Assembly (NCBI GenBank): GCA_046707905.1
Contig: JBKKDM010000008.1
Coordinates: 3,367 to 67,366, forward strand
DNA length: 64,000 nt
DNA from: Candidatus Limnocylindrales bacterium
GTDB lineage: Bacteria; Chloroflexota; Limnocylindria; Limnocylindrales; CSP1-4
Direction of reading: 5' to 3'
Below the pieces are notes generated by a model that saw only the letters and a list, made by a program, of their open reading frames with translations, made no database searches and was not told the DNA's origin. Below are positions 17,268 to 25,338 of this stretch, piece after piece (position 1 is the first letter of the stretch; each line of letters begins with the position of its first letter). The translations under genes and the position numbers were made by a program.

Positions 17268-19463
17268 CTATCTCGGCGCCAAACCCTCGCCCCGCTCGGG
17301 CTTCGCGTCGGCCGCCGGTCCGCCGCCGTCCGGGCGATTGCTCGCGTTGCGTCGCCCGATCTCGGCATCGGTCTTGTTGTCGCCAACGTTCTTCAACGTG
17401 GCTTGCCGGGTAACCTCGTCGAGTCCGCGAATGTATTCCGACATCTCCGACGCGATGCCCGCAATCGACGCCCCCGAGGGTTCGGCGCTCCCGCCGCGAG
17501 GGTCACCGCCCTCATTCAATTGCGGTCGGTCCCTTCCGTTCGGGCCGAGACCTTCATTTGGCGTCGCCGGACTTGTCTTGGCGACGTCGGTGGGCGTGGC
17601 AACTTTTGTCTGTTCACCGGTGGGCGAGGTCGTTTCGGGACGCTGCCCGCTGGTCTTTGGAGCTCCCGAGCCGCCTGCCGGCAGCGTCCACGCGTACCGG
17701 CCGAGCGCGAGCTTCTCCCTGAGCAGCGCGTTGCCCTCGGATCGAAGCTCGGCCCTCTCCTGGACCGTGGCAGCGGTCTGACCGGATTCCGCCTCGCGTG
17801 CTTCCACTGCGGCGATCCGTTCTTGCACATTCGCGATCTTGCTGTCGACCTCGGCTCGCATCTCCTGCGGCGTCTTCGCGGGATCCGCGGCTTTCGGGGC
17901 CTCGGCCGTCGTCGGGGCCCCATTCCGCTCGGTCGGCGGATCTGCGGCGTTCCCCTCGGTCGGCGTGCCGGCGGGCGTGCGCTCCGTCGGCGCGGCCGCT
18001 GGATCGCGTTCGGTGGGCGGGGCGGAGTCCGAAGGCGCCGGCCGTTCTCCTGGCATTGCCGAAGGCGCGTCTGTACCCGAGCCGGCAACCGTCGGTGGTC
18101 CTGCTTCGGCATTTGGTCCAGCAGGCGCCTGCGAAGCCCCGGCCCCATCCGTCGTCTTCGGAGCCGCTGAAGTGACCTCGGTCACCGCGCCCCCGGGACC
18201 GATTTCGGGTCCGCCGCGGACCTGGGCGTGGATCGGCCCATCTGCAGCGCCCGCCTCAACGGCAGTTCGCGCTTCCTGCGTCTTGCCGAGCGGGTCCACG
18301 GCCTGAGGCGCTTCCTGCGTCTTGCCGAGCGGGTCGACGGGCTTGGGGCCTTCGGCCTTCGGGCCTTCCGGTTTCGGTGCTTCGGGAGCGGGGCTGCCAC
18401 CGGGCTTGACCGCTTCCGTCCGGGCGCCATCGACCATCAGGGTGGTGTCCCGGACCTCTTTGGTGAACCCTCCCACGAGCTCGGCCGCACCCTTGAAGCC
18501 GCCCTTGATATCGCCGCGATCGAATGCCGTGAGGGTCTGATCGAGCTTCTCCGCGGAGCCGCCGAACGGAACATGCTTCATTCCTTCGTCCGCAGCCGCC
18601 AGAGCCGCGTCAGCGGTGGTTGAACCCTTCGACTTCTCCTGGATGAACGTGATGGCAGCTTCTCGAGCGCTTCCGCCGACCACGGCGCCGTCCAACGCCC
18701 TTGCCCGCTTCTCAGCGATCTCGCCGATCGTTGCCGGTGAGGCGATGGCCTGCTTCAGGTCCTTCACGTCCTGGGCGATCCCGGCGCCAGGAGTGCTCTG
18801 CCAGGCGACATTGGCCGAGCCCTCCACGATGCCCTCGACAGCGGCCTTCGGGTTTTCCGCCGTCTGTTGGGCGACGGTCGCGACGGGGTCGACTACGGAC
18901 GCCACCTTGCCTGCAGCGGCGTCGTAGGTCTTCTTGTCCCAATCGCGGAGTTCCTGCGCTTTGCTCGCGACGACTTGGCCGGCGCGCTCGAGCTTCTCGC
19001 CCGCGACCCTCAAGGGACTGTCCTGGCCGCCGACGCCCCGAGCGAGGCCGTCTGACGCCGGTCCGCCCTTGTACTTGTCGGCCCGCCCCGGGCCAGAAGG
19101 CGGGGCGTCCGCGGACTTCGGCGCTGGGTTCAGATCCGCCTTTGTATTCTGCTCTTCACGCCCACGGGGGCCTTGACTGAGCTGCGCATCCCGGCCGTTG
19201 GGGCGGCCGGGACCGGCGTCACCCTTGGCGCCCCCCGGCGCCGGGCGGTCGGTTCTCGCCTGCCGCTCGGCTTCACCGCCCTTTGTCCCGCCCGAAGCGG
19301 CGGACGGGTTGCGGTCTCCCGACGACTTGGCGTCACCGGACGGCCTGCCATCACCCGGGGACTTCGGGCCCAGATTGCTGTCCCGTTGCTGCGGACCGCT
19401 TTCGCGGCCGGACGGGGCATGCTCCGCTTCCTGGTGCCTGCCCTCCGAGGGTGAGTCAGGCAC
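17268..19463 (-). CDS. 731-aa low-complexity, predicted disordered protein with a central helical region (operon gene D)
   Basis: Rich in K/E/G/P/S/T/A. Lys, Asn and Gln are unusual for GC-driven spurious ORFs. No TM helix or signal peptide. Central ~200 aa (EKLERAGQVVASKAQELRDW ... FTKEVRDTTLMVDG) looks helical. GTG start. Confidence 0.7.
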   Translation of the reverse strand: MPDSPSEGRHQEAEHAPSGRESGPQQRDSNLGPKSPGDGRPSGDAKSSGDRNPSAASGGTKGGEAERQARTDRPAPGGAKGDAGPGRPNGRDAQLSQGPRGREEQNTKADLNPAPKSADAPPSGPGRADKYKGGPASDGLARGVGGQDSPLRVAGEKLERAGQVVASKAQELRDWDKKTYDAAAGKVASVVDPVATVAQQTAENPKAAVEGIVEGSANVAWQSTPGAGIAQDVKDLKQAIASPATIGEIAEKRARALDGAVVGGSAREAAITFIQEKSKGSTTADAALAAADEGMKHVPFGGSAEKLDQTLTAFDRGDIKGGFKGAAELVGGFTKEVRDTTLMVDGARTEAVKPGGSPAPEAPKPEGPKAEGPKPVDPLGKTQEAPQAVDPLGKTQEARTAVEAGAADGPIHAQVRGGPEIGPGGAVTEVTSAAPKTTDGAGASQAPAGPNAEAGPPTVAGSGTDAPSAMPGERPAPSDSAPPTERDPAAAPTERTPAGTPTEGNAADPPTERNGAPTTAEAPKAADPAKTPQEMRAEVDSKIANVQERIAAVEAREAESGQTAATVQERAELRSEGNALLREKLALGRYAWTLPAGGSGAPKTSGQRPETTSPTGEQTKVATPTDVAKTSPATPNEGLGPNGRDRPQLNEGGDPRGGSAEPSGASIAGIASEMSEYIRGLDEVTRQATLKNVGDNKTDAEIGRRNASNRPDGGGPAADAKPERGEGLAPR
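18261..18338 (-). repeat. 2 x 39-nt in-frame tandem repeat inside gene D
   Basis: Encodes VDPLGKTQEAPQA / VDPLGKTQEARTA. Nearby are degenerate PTER/PTEG repeats (APPTERDPAAAPTERTPAGTPTEGNAADPPTERNGAPT). Confidence 0.85.
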
Positions 19464-19490
19464 GAGGGCCGCCGCGACCGGATCGGCCGA

Positions 19491-19820
19491 TCATCGCTTT
19501 GGCCTTGGTATGCCGGTGGACTGCTCACTCTGCGGGTGGCGGAACCTCTCCTTCTCTTCCTCTTCCCTTCTCTTGGAGCCTTCGCTGAGCTTGTCCCCGA
19601 CCGACGTATCGACCCCCACGTTCCCACCGCCCGGACCGCCGCTCCCGAGGGCAGGCCCGGGGCTGTCGAGCTTGGTGCCGCGCTCGAGGTCGTTCGACGG
19701 CGAAGACGGACCCTCCTTGCCGGTGAGCGAGTCGCGTTCCCGGCGGCCCGCCTCGTCGGCGGCAGGCGTCTCGGACTTGCCACTCGGGGGTGTTTCCGGA
19801 ACCTTGTCGCTGTTGGTCAC
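19491..19820 (-). CDS. ~109-aa predicted disordered protein (operon gene C)
   Basis: The GTG at 19820 overlaps the TGA of the ATPase gene (GTGA). Sequence VTNSDKVPETPPSGKSETPAADEAGRRERD ... SKRREEEEKERF. The track ORF (19491-19913) extends into the ATPase gene. Confidence 0.45.
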   Translation of the reverse strand: MTNSDKVPETPPSGKSETPAADEAGRRERDSLTGKEGPSSPSNDLERGTKLDSPGPALGSGGPGGGNVGVDTSVGDKLSEGSKRREEEEKERFRHPQSEQSTGIPRPKR

Positions 19821-22800
19821 AGCCCGGCCTCCGCCATGACCCGAGCCAGGATGCGTCGCGAGGTCCTGGGCACCTTCCGGTCGTCGTCGGCAAGCATCTG
19901 CTGCTCGAAGCACAGGCAGACCTTGCGCGCCGTCGCCTCGACGGTCGCCTTGACGCTCTCGGCCATGTCCGGATCGGGGAACTCAACGAGCTCGAAGGCA
20001 GCGTCCTGGCAAACCTCCCAGGTCTCGGCCCTGGTGTTGCCCTCCGACCTTGCGTCGTTGGCATCGGCTTCGCGCCATGACGCCCGGTACCGGCCGGCGA
20101 CCACGAGGTCAGCGACGGCAGATCGGTAGAGGCAGACCCGCGGCACCTCGGTGCAGACGAGGTGACACGCGACATACGGATCGAACTCCCGCATGTCCAG
20201 CCGCCGCGCTGATTGCTGGAACGCCGCGATCCGGTCGACCGGTGCCGTCGGACCGACGAGCTTCCCGAGAAACATTTCCCGAAGCCGATTGCGGTACTCC
20301 GACGTATCCGCGTACGACCACACGCCCTGGACGCCGCGTCGGGTCGCGATCCAGTCCGAGGCGTGGCCCGCGAAGGCCCGCAGCAGATCCGTGTCAGGCA
20401 CCCTGACCGGCCGTCGGGCCCGGACCACGGCGGTGAGGTCTTCCCAGAGGCGATCGACCGCCCCGCCCTCGTCGATGCTGGACAGGACCGTCCGTGTAAC
20501 GGTCCGCTGGACGTATTCGTCCTCCGCGAGCCTCCGCGCTGCCTCGCACGCCGCGGGGGTCAGGCACGTTTCCGGGCAAAAGGGCTGCGGGAAGAACAGC
20601 GCGTCGAACCCTGCGGAGCTCCTCCAGCCCGCCATGTGCTCCCGAACCCGGCCGTCGGTCGGGGGAACCTTTGCCAGCCCATCCTTGACCAGCGGGATGC
20701 GGACCAGCAGCGGCGCGTCGTCGCCGCCGCTGAACACGACGGCCTCACCCACTTCGAGCGAGGCGAGCGCCTTGGACTGCGGCTCGTCCATCGCCATGGC
20801 CCCAGCGAGGGCCTCGCGATCGTCGGCGGACACGACGCGATGCGCGATCTTGAGGTTCGTGTTCTTCATCACGTCCGGTGCGAGCCGCACCGGGACCTGA
20901 TCGGCGATGATGACGCCCTGGCCGTACGCCCGAATCTCGGAGAGGAGGTTCGAGAAGGTCTGGACGGCCTCGCCCCGGGGATTTGCCGACTCCTCCGAAG
21001 CCTGCATCGGCACGTTCGCCAGGAGGCGGTGCGCCTCCTCGATGACGAGGAGATGGGCGAGCTCGCTCGACTGGCCCTTAGCCCGCCGGTATTCGGCAAG
21101 TCGGATCAGCAGCAGGCCGGCGAAGAAGGCCTTGTCGCCTTCGTCCCCGAGTGCCTCGAGCTCGACAACGGTCGGATGCTCGAACAGCTCCTCCGCCGGC
21201 AGCGACCGAGCGACGTCGAGCATCGCTCCCTTCGCCCCTTGTCGCAGAGATTCCAGCCGCGTGACGAGCGCGGCGCGGAGGTCTCCGGTCACCTTGTCGT
21301 CGTACCCCAGGCCCGGGATGACCTCGCCAACCTTCGCAATCAGGTCGGAGATGGTCGGGAACGCGCCCGCTGTGTCCCCGGCGTCCGAGAGGCGGGCGTT
21401 GGCGTTCGTGCGGAGGTCCCAGCCGCGGTCGGTGTAAACGTCGTGAAGGCAGCGCTCGAGGATCTGCGGCAGCGGCGTCCACATGCCGAAGGCCGCGGTG
21501 AACGCGGCGCGGAGCAGGTTGAGGTGCTCGCTGACCGTCGTTCCCGGCGGCACCTCGAACGGGTTGAGGACGAATGGCGCGACGGTCGCCTTGCCCGCCG
21601 TGAAAACGCGCACGAGCGGCCCAATGGTGGGGTGGTCTACCAGCGCGCGGTACTCGGCCTTCGCCGGCTCGATCACCATGAATGGGATGTCGTGGGCTGC
21701 CGCCTCCGACAGGAGCGACATGATCGTGTTCGTCTTGCCGGATCCGGTCAGGCCCGCGACGAACACGTGGCGCGTCAGCGACTTGAGCGTGATGCCGTAT
21801 GTCCCGGCGGTCGCTTGTCGGTGCTGGAGCACCGTACCGAGCGCGATGTTCGTGCCATCCGCGCCGTTGCTCGACGCGACGACGTCGAACCGTGGCACGA
21901 GGTTCACGTTGAAGCCCGGCGACTCGAGCTCGGGTAGATGGACGTACGCGCCCAGGCTGGCCGTCGAGAGCAGGGTCTGATACTCGAACGGTCGCCGGTA
22001 GAAGCCCGGTCCTGGCGCGCCCTCGTCATCCGGGAGCGCCCAGGCGTCGGCGAGCGCGCCTGCCTCGGGACGGTCGAAGACGCGAACCGGCTCGGGCAAC
22101 GAACCCTCACCCGACATGACACTCCGCCACGCGCTCGCCAGGCGCGGATACGAGTCCTCGGTCCCGAGGAGATAGACGCCTGTTCGCCATGCGCCGGTCG
22201 CCATGCCTTCGCCCGCGGCGCTCAGCGACGACTTCAGCAGCTCCACGTACTGCTCCATGAGCGGACTGGGTGCGAGCTCGCTCTTCGCCGCCGATTGGAC
22301 CGCGCGCATCTCGTTGAGGACGGAGTCACGGATCCGAGCAATCGCCGGCTCGGCCGCTGGATAGGCGAGCACGAGGACCGCCCATGAGCCTCCCGTCATG
22401 GACCGGATCACGCGATCGATCGGGGCCGCGCCGTCACTCTCGTCCACGCCGGTCGGAGACGGCACTCCGAGCGCGAGGCCGGCATATGGCCACGGAAGCG
22501 GGACGACCTCCGCTTCGTCGAGGTCAACGACGGGGTGAAGGCCTCGCAAGACGGAGGCAATGACGCCCACCCGACGCGACTGCACGGCGTCCGACGCCGC
22601 ACGAGCCGACCACGTACCGAGGTGGATCCGGACGCCGTCCTCGGAGCCCGTTACGAGGTACGCGATTGGAATGCGGTAGCCGTACAGCCCCGTGATGAGC
22701 TCGACGGTGGCGGGGCGCCATCGCTCGCTCCGGACCGGCCCTTGGCGCTGGCGGTACTTCTCGGACCGCCCGACGCCGCGAACACGCAGCAGGCGCCTCC

Positions 22801-22918
22801 CGCCGGGACTGGCCTCCGTCCTCGCTCCGTATGCCGGCTCGAGCTCCAGGCCCGACCGCTGGAGGTAGTCGACCTTCGCCGTCGTGACGGACTCCGTTGG
22901 CGGCGGTCGAGTCAGCAC
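19817..22918 (-). CDS. 1033-aa P-loop NTPase of the HerA/FtsK (DUF87-like) superfamily with unassigned N- and C-terminal regions (operon gene B)
   Basis: Walker A HVFVAGLTGSGKTNT (21731-21757). Walker B LLVIEEAHRLL (21029-21052). VIIADQVP, LKIAHRV. About 380 aa N-terminal and 280 aa Cys-rich C-terminal (CPETC..C, C..C..C, CLC) that I cannot assign. Confidence 0.85.
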   Translation of the reverse strand: MLTRPPPTESVTTAKVDYLQRSGLELEPAYGARTEASPGGRRLLRVRGVGRSEKYRQRQGPVRSERWRPATVELITGLYGYRIPIAYLVTGSEDGVRIHLGTWSARAASDAVQSRRVGVIASVLRGLHPVVDLDEAEVVPLPWPYAGLALGVPSPTGVDESDGAAPIDRVIRSMTGGSWAVLVLAYPAAEPAIARIRDSVLNEMRAVQSAAKSELAPSPLMEQYVELLKSSLSAAGEGMATGAWRTGVYLLGTEDSYPRLASAWRSVMSGEGSLPEPVRVFDRPEAGALADAWALPDDEGAPGPGFYRRPFEYQTLLSTASLGAYVHLPELESPGFNVNLVPRFDVVASSNGADGTNIALGTVLQHRQATAGTYGITLKSLTRHVFVAGLTGSGKTNTIMSLLSEAAAHDIPFMVIEPAKAEYRALVDHPTIGPLVRVFTAGKATVAPFVLNPFEVPPGTTVSEHLNLLRAAFTAAFGMWTPLPQILERCLHDVYTDRGWDLRTNANARLSDAGDTAGAFPTISDLIAKVGEVIPGLGYDDKVTGDLRAALVTRLESLRQGAKGAMLDVARSLPAEELFEHPTVVELEALGDEGDKAFFAGLLLIRLAEYRRAKGQSSELAHLLVIEEAHRLLANVPMQASEESANPRGEAVQTFSNLLSEIRAYGQGVIIADQVPVRLAPDVMKNTNLKIAHRVVSADDREALAGAMAMDEPQSKALASLEVGEAVVFSGGDDAPLLVRIPLVKDGLAKVPPTDGRVREHMAGWRSSAGFDALFFPQPFCPETCLTPAACEAARRLAEDEYVQRTVTRTVLSSIDEGGAVDRLWEDLTAVVRARRPVRVPDTDLLRAFAGHASDWIATRRGVQGVWSYADTSEYRNRLREMFLGKLVGPTAPVDRIAAFQQSARRLDMREFDPYVACHLVCTEVPRVCLYRSAVADLVVAGRYRASWREADANDARSEGNTRAETWEVCQDAAFELVEFPDPDMAESVKATVEATARKVCLCFEQQMLADDDRKVPRTSRRILARVMAEAGL

Positions 22919-24174
22919 GTGGCGACCAGCGTCACGACACTGCCCTCCGGCACAAGGGTGTCAGCCGCGGGGTCCGTCCGGACCGCAAGCGGCGGGGTGC
23001 CCAGGCAGAAGCCCTCGGTGATGATCGCCACGCCAAGGCCGGCTGCGACAATGTTCGCCTCGGCGTCCGCCTGCGCCATCCCGGCCACGGCGGGGACCGG
23101 CACATCCGCGGCCGGAGCCTGGGTCTCGGCGACCTCCGCGGGTCCGCTCGAGATGAAGAGCATCACCTTGGCGTCCAGGTCGAGCATGGAACCCGCTCCC
23201 GGGTCCGTTCTGATGACCGCACCCTCGGGTACCGTTTCGCTGGACTCCGTCGTTGTGCGCGACGATAGTCCCGCATCCGCGAGGGCCGATACGGCTGCCG
23301 CCTCGTCGAGGCCGGCGAGCCCGGGAACCGGGACGAGCACTGGCGCCGGCGCTGGAGGCTCGGTCGGCGGTGGAGGAGGCGGGGCGAACGTGGCTGCGCC
23401 CTGACCACCCGCGCCGGACGACACGACGACCAAGACCGAGCTCGCGCGATCTACCTCGACCGCTGCCTGGGGAGTCGTCCGGATCACCAGGCCTTGGGCG
23501 ACGGAGTCGCTGGACTCGGTCGTGGAATCGGGGATCAGGCCAGCTTGGCCGAGCTTGGAGAACGCCGCCATCTCGTTCAGCCCGACGACGTCCGGGACCA
23601 CCACGCGGCCCGCAAGGAGTGCCGGAAGCCCACCGGACATGACCGCGGCGGCCCCGCCTGCGATGACAGCGAGGAACACCGCAAGGACGGCCCATTTCAG
23701 CCAGCGCGGGAAGCCGATGACCTCCGAGGCCGTCGTCAGGTTCTTGATCTTCGAGGCATGGAGCGTCCCTCGGGACCAGCGACCAACGACCTCGACCTCG
23801 TCGCCATCCGTGACGCGACCTGCCCGACGCGCGCGCATCTCGACCGCGACGGGCGGCAGGCGGTTGCCGGCGCCGTCGTAGCGATCGACGCGCAGGAGGA
23901 GGGTCGTGACACCGTTCTCGACGGGCCGGAGCTCAACGCTTCTTGCGACGCCCCGGACCCGCCGCTTCGACGGCTCCTCGGCCGCCGCGCCGGGATCGGG
24001 GGACCGCTGCGGTCCATTGCCGCCACCGGACCTCGGCCTGCGAGCGTCAACCGGGGCGGGCTGACTCGGCGTAGCGCCAGCGGCCCATTCCTCGCGGAGA
24101 TCGAGGGGGTCACCACGCGCCCCGACCGGTTCCGCTGGCGCCTCGCCAGCTGATCCGCTTCGCCCGTCAGCCAT
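22912..24174 (-). CDS. membrane protein with cytoplasmic beta-rich module, one TM helix and three extracytoplasmic PASTA repeats; no kinase or PBP domain (operon gene A)
   Basis: ATG at 24174 (MADGRSGSAG). TM helix WLKWAVLAVFLAVIAGGAAAVM. Three ~65-aa repeats of the form VP(D/A)V(V/A)G..........AGL....T.ESS..V..G.VIRT.P. A 7-nt overlap (GTGCTGA) with gene B. The track start at 24351 runs through the hmgA remnant. Confidence 0.75.
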   Translation of the reverse strand: MADGRSGSAGEAPAEPVGARGDPLDLREEWAAGATPSQPAPVDARRPRSGGGNGPQRSPDPGAAAEEPSKRRVRGVARSVELRPVENGVTTLLLRVDRYDGAGNRLPPVAVEMRARRAGRVTDGDEVEVVGRWSRGTLHASKIKNLTTASEVIGFPRWLKWAVLAVFLAVIAGGAAAVMSGGLPALLAGRVVVPDVVGLNEMAAFSKLGQAGLIPDSTTESSDSVAQGLVIRTTPQAAVEVDRASSVLVVVSSGAGGQGAATFAPPPPPPTEPPAPAPVLVPVPGLAGLDEAAAVSALADAGLSSRTTTESSETVPEGAVIRTDPGAGSMLDLDAKVMLFISSGPAEVAETQAPAADVPVPAVAGMAQADAEANIVAAGLGVAIITEGFCLGTPPLAVRTDPAADTLVPEGSVVTLVATC

Positions 24175-24228
24175 GCTGGTCCACCGTCGCTCCCGTCCGA
24201 GGACGCGGCGCCAGGTGGGCCGTCGCGT

Positions 24229-24396
24229 GATCGCCGTGATCCACCATAGCCACCCAGTGCCCCGCTGGCTACGCCGATCCGGCAGGCGATGGAGCTGCAC
24301 GACGACCGCTGCCCGTACTCGTGGCTGCCGCCTGAGGACGAGCATGGGCACGCCTCCGAGCTCGCGGAGCGAGGCCCGGAGGCGTTTCCGGACTGA
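24229..24396 (+). pseudogene. displaced 3'-terminal fragment of a homogentisate dioxygenase gene (direct repeat copy 2)
   Basis: 24286-24396 reads in frame AMELHDDRCPYSWLPPEDEHGHASELAERGPEAFPD*. The hmgA end reads AMELDDDRYPYSWIPPEDAEGHASELAERGPEAFPD*. Weaker frameshifted similarity (tcgccgtgat) extends back to about 24229. Confidence 0.75.
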
Positions 24397-24417
24397 CGAC
24401 GCATTCCCGGGATCAGG

Positions 24418-25338
24418 TCACTCGAAGCGAACCGAGTCGATGATCGAGTTGATCTCGTCATCAAAGGTCGCGATCGGGTCGCCGTAGAGGACCTCGATGA
24501 CCAGGCGAGTCCCGCGGACGTCCACCACGACCAGGCGTTGGGCCGCGCCCGGGAGGGTGACGCCACCCACATCGCCCGTGCTCCAAACCTGAATCAGGGC
24601 GTCGCCTGTGCAGCCGGCTCCGTCCGACGGCACGGAGTTGGTGAAGTCGAATTCCTTGCCTGGCAGGCCATCGACGAGTACGTCCGTGACGGGTCCGACG
24701 GTGAACTTCGGGAGATTCGACAGCGCGGTGATGAAATCGTCGACCGTCGGGCCGAGATCGGGGACGACGATCGTGTTTCGACAGGGGTCAGCGAAGACGG
24801 CGAGTGGCACTTCGAAGTTGACGAACGCCCCGTTGGAGCCTTCCTCCGTCCGTGAGTCGATCACCATGCTGATGACGCGTGACTTGACTCCCGTCCACGC
24901 CTTCCACCCGGCGGGGACATCGAATGTCAGATCGGGCAGCTGGAAGGGCGCGCCGGCTCGATAGGTACCAGCCAGGGCGGCCCCCTCCGGCGGGAAGGTG
25001 GGAGCTGCGGCGGTGGCGCTGGCCGGCGGCAGCGTGGCTGGAGACGTGGTTGGGGAGGTGATCGGCGACGAGGTCGGGGCGGTCGTCGGGCCGCCGACGT
25101 CGCCGCCGCGGAACAGGTTCAGACCCGCCACGCCAACGATCGCGACGATCGCGATCGCGGCGGCGAGCCGTAGGGGGGTGCTCAAGGGGGAAGTCCTCCA
25201 CGGCACCGTTGCGCGGCGCCGCTGATTGGTCGTATGAATCTCGGCGAGGGCAGCCTCGAGCACGCGATCGTTCAGCTCCGTCGGTCCAGCAGTCAGCCAG
25301 CTGGATGTGATCCGATCAAAGTCACGATTCGTGGTCAT
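24418..25338 (-). CDS. single-pass membrane partner of ECF sigma 4
   Basis: ATGA overlap. WLTAGPTELNDRVLEAALAEIHTTNQRRRATVPWR plus one TM helix. Ectodomain with FADPCR and VVDVRGTRLVIEV, ending IDSVRFE. Confidence 0.65.
   Translation of the reverse strand: MTTNRDFDRITSSWLTAGPTELNDRVLEAALAEIHTTNQRRRATVPWRTSPLSTPLRLAAAIAIVAIVGVAGLNLFRGGDVGGPTTAPTSSPITSPTTSPATLPPASATAAAPTFPPEGAALAGTYRAGAPFQLPDLTFDVPAGWKAWTGVKSRVISMVIDSRTEEGSNGAFVNFEVPLAVFADPCRNTIVVPDLGPTVDDFITALSNLPKFTVGPVTDVLVDGLPGKEFDFTNSVPSDGAGCTGDALIQVWSTGDVGGVTLPGAAQRLVVVDVRGTRLVIEVLYGDPIATFDDEINSIIDSVRFE

Larger units (their letters stand above)
16941..24396. mobile_element. candidate integrated island bounded by hmgA 3'-end direct repeats; no integrase recognised
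   Basis: Direct repeats at both ends. The cargo is a single four-gene operon whose distal genes use visibly more A/T-ending codons (gaa, aat, gat, aaa) than flanking genes, judged by eye. Confidence 0.45.

Noticed and set aside
16941-24285. Integrase, excisionase, transposase or replication genes inside the putative island
   Set aside because: I read all six frames of the track and saw no recombinase-like motifs (no R..HxxR..Y pattern, no DDE, no serine-recombinase N-terminus). So the island call rests on the repeats and composition only.
24175-24351. N-terminal 59-codon extension of the PASTA gene (track start 24351)
   Set aside because: The extension runs antisense through the hmgA 3' remnant and hairpin and reads as Arg/Trp-rich filler. 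The ATG at 24174 (MADGRSG...) is preferred.
24175-24417. Search for the GAAC-N20-hexamer ECF promoter motif upstream of the PASTA/ATPase operon
   Set aside because: Only GGAAAC inside the hairpin repeat is present, with no matching hexamer at the right spacing. No direct evidence links the adjacent sigma 4 pair to the operon.
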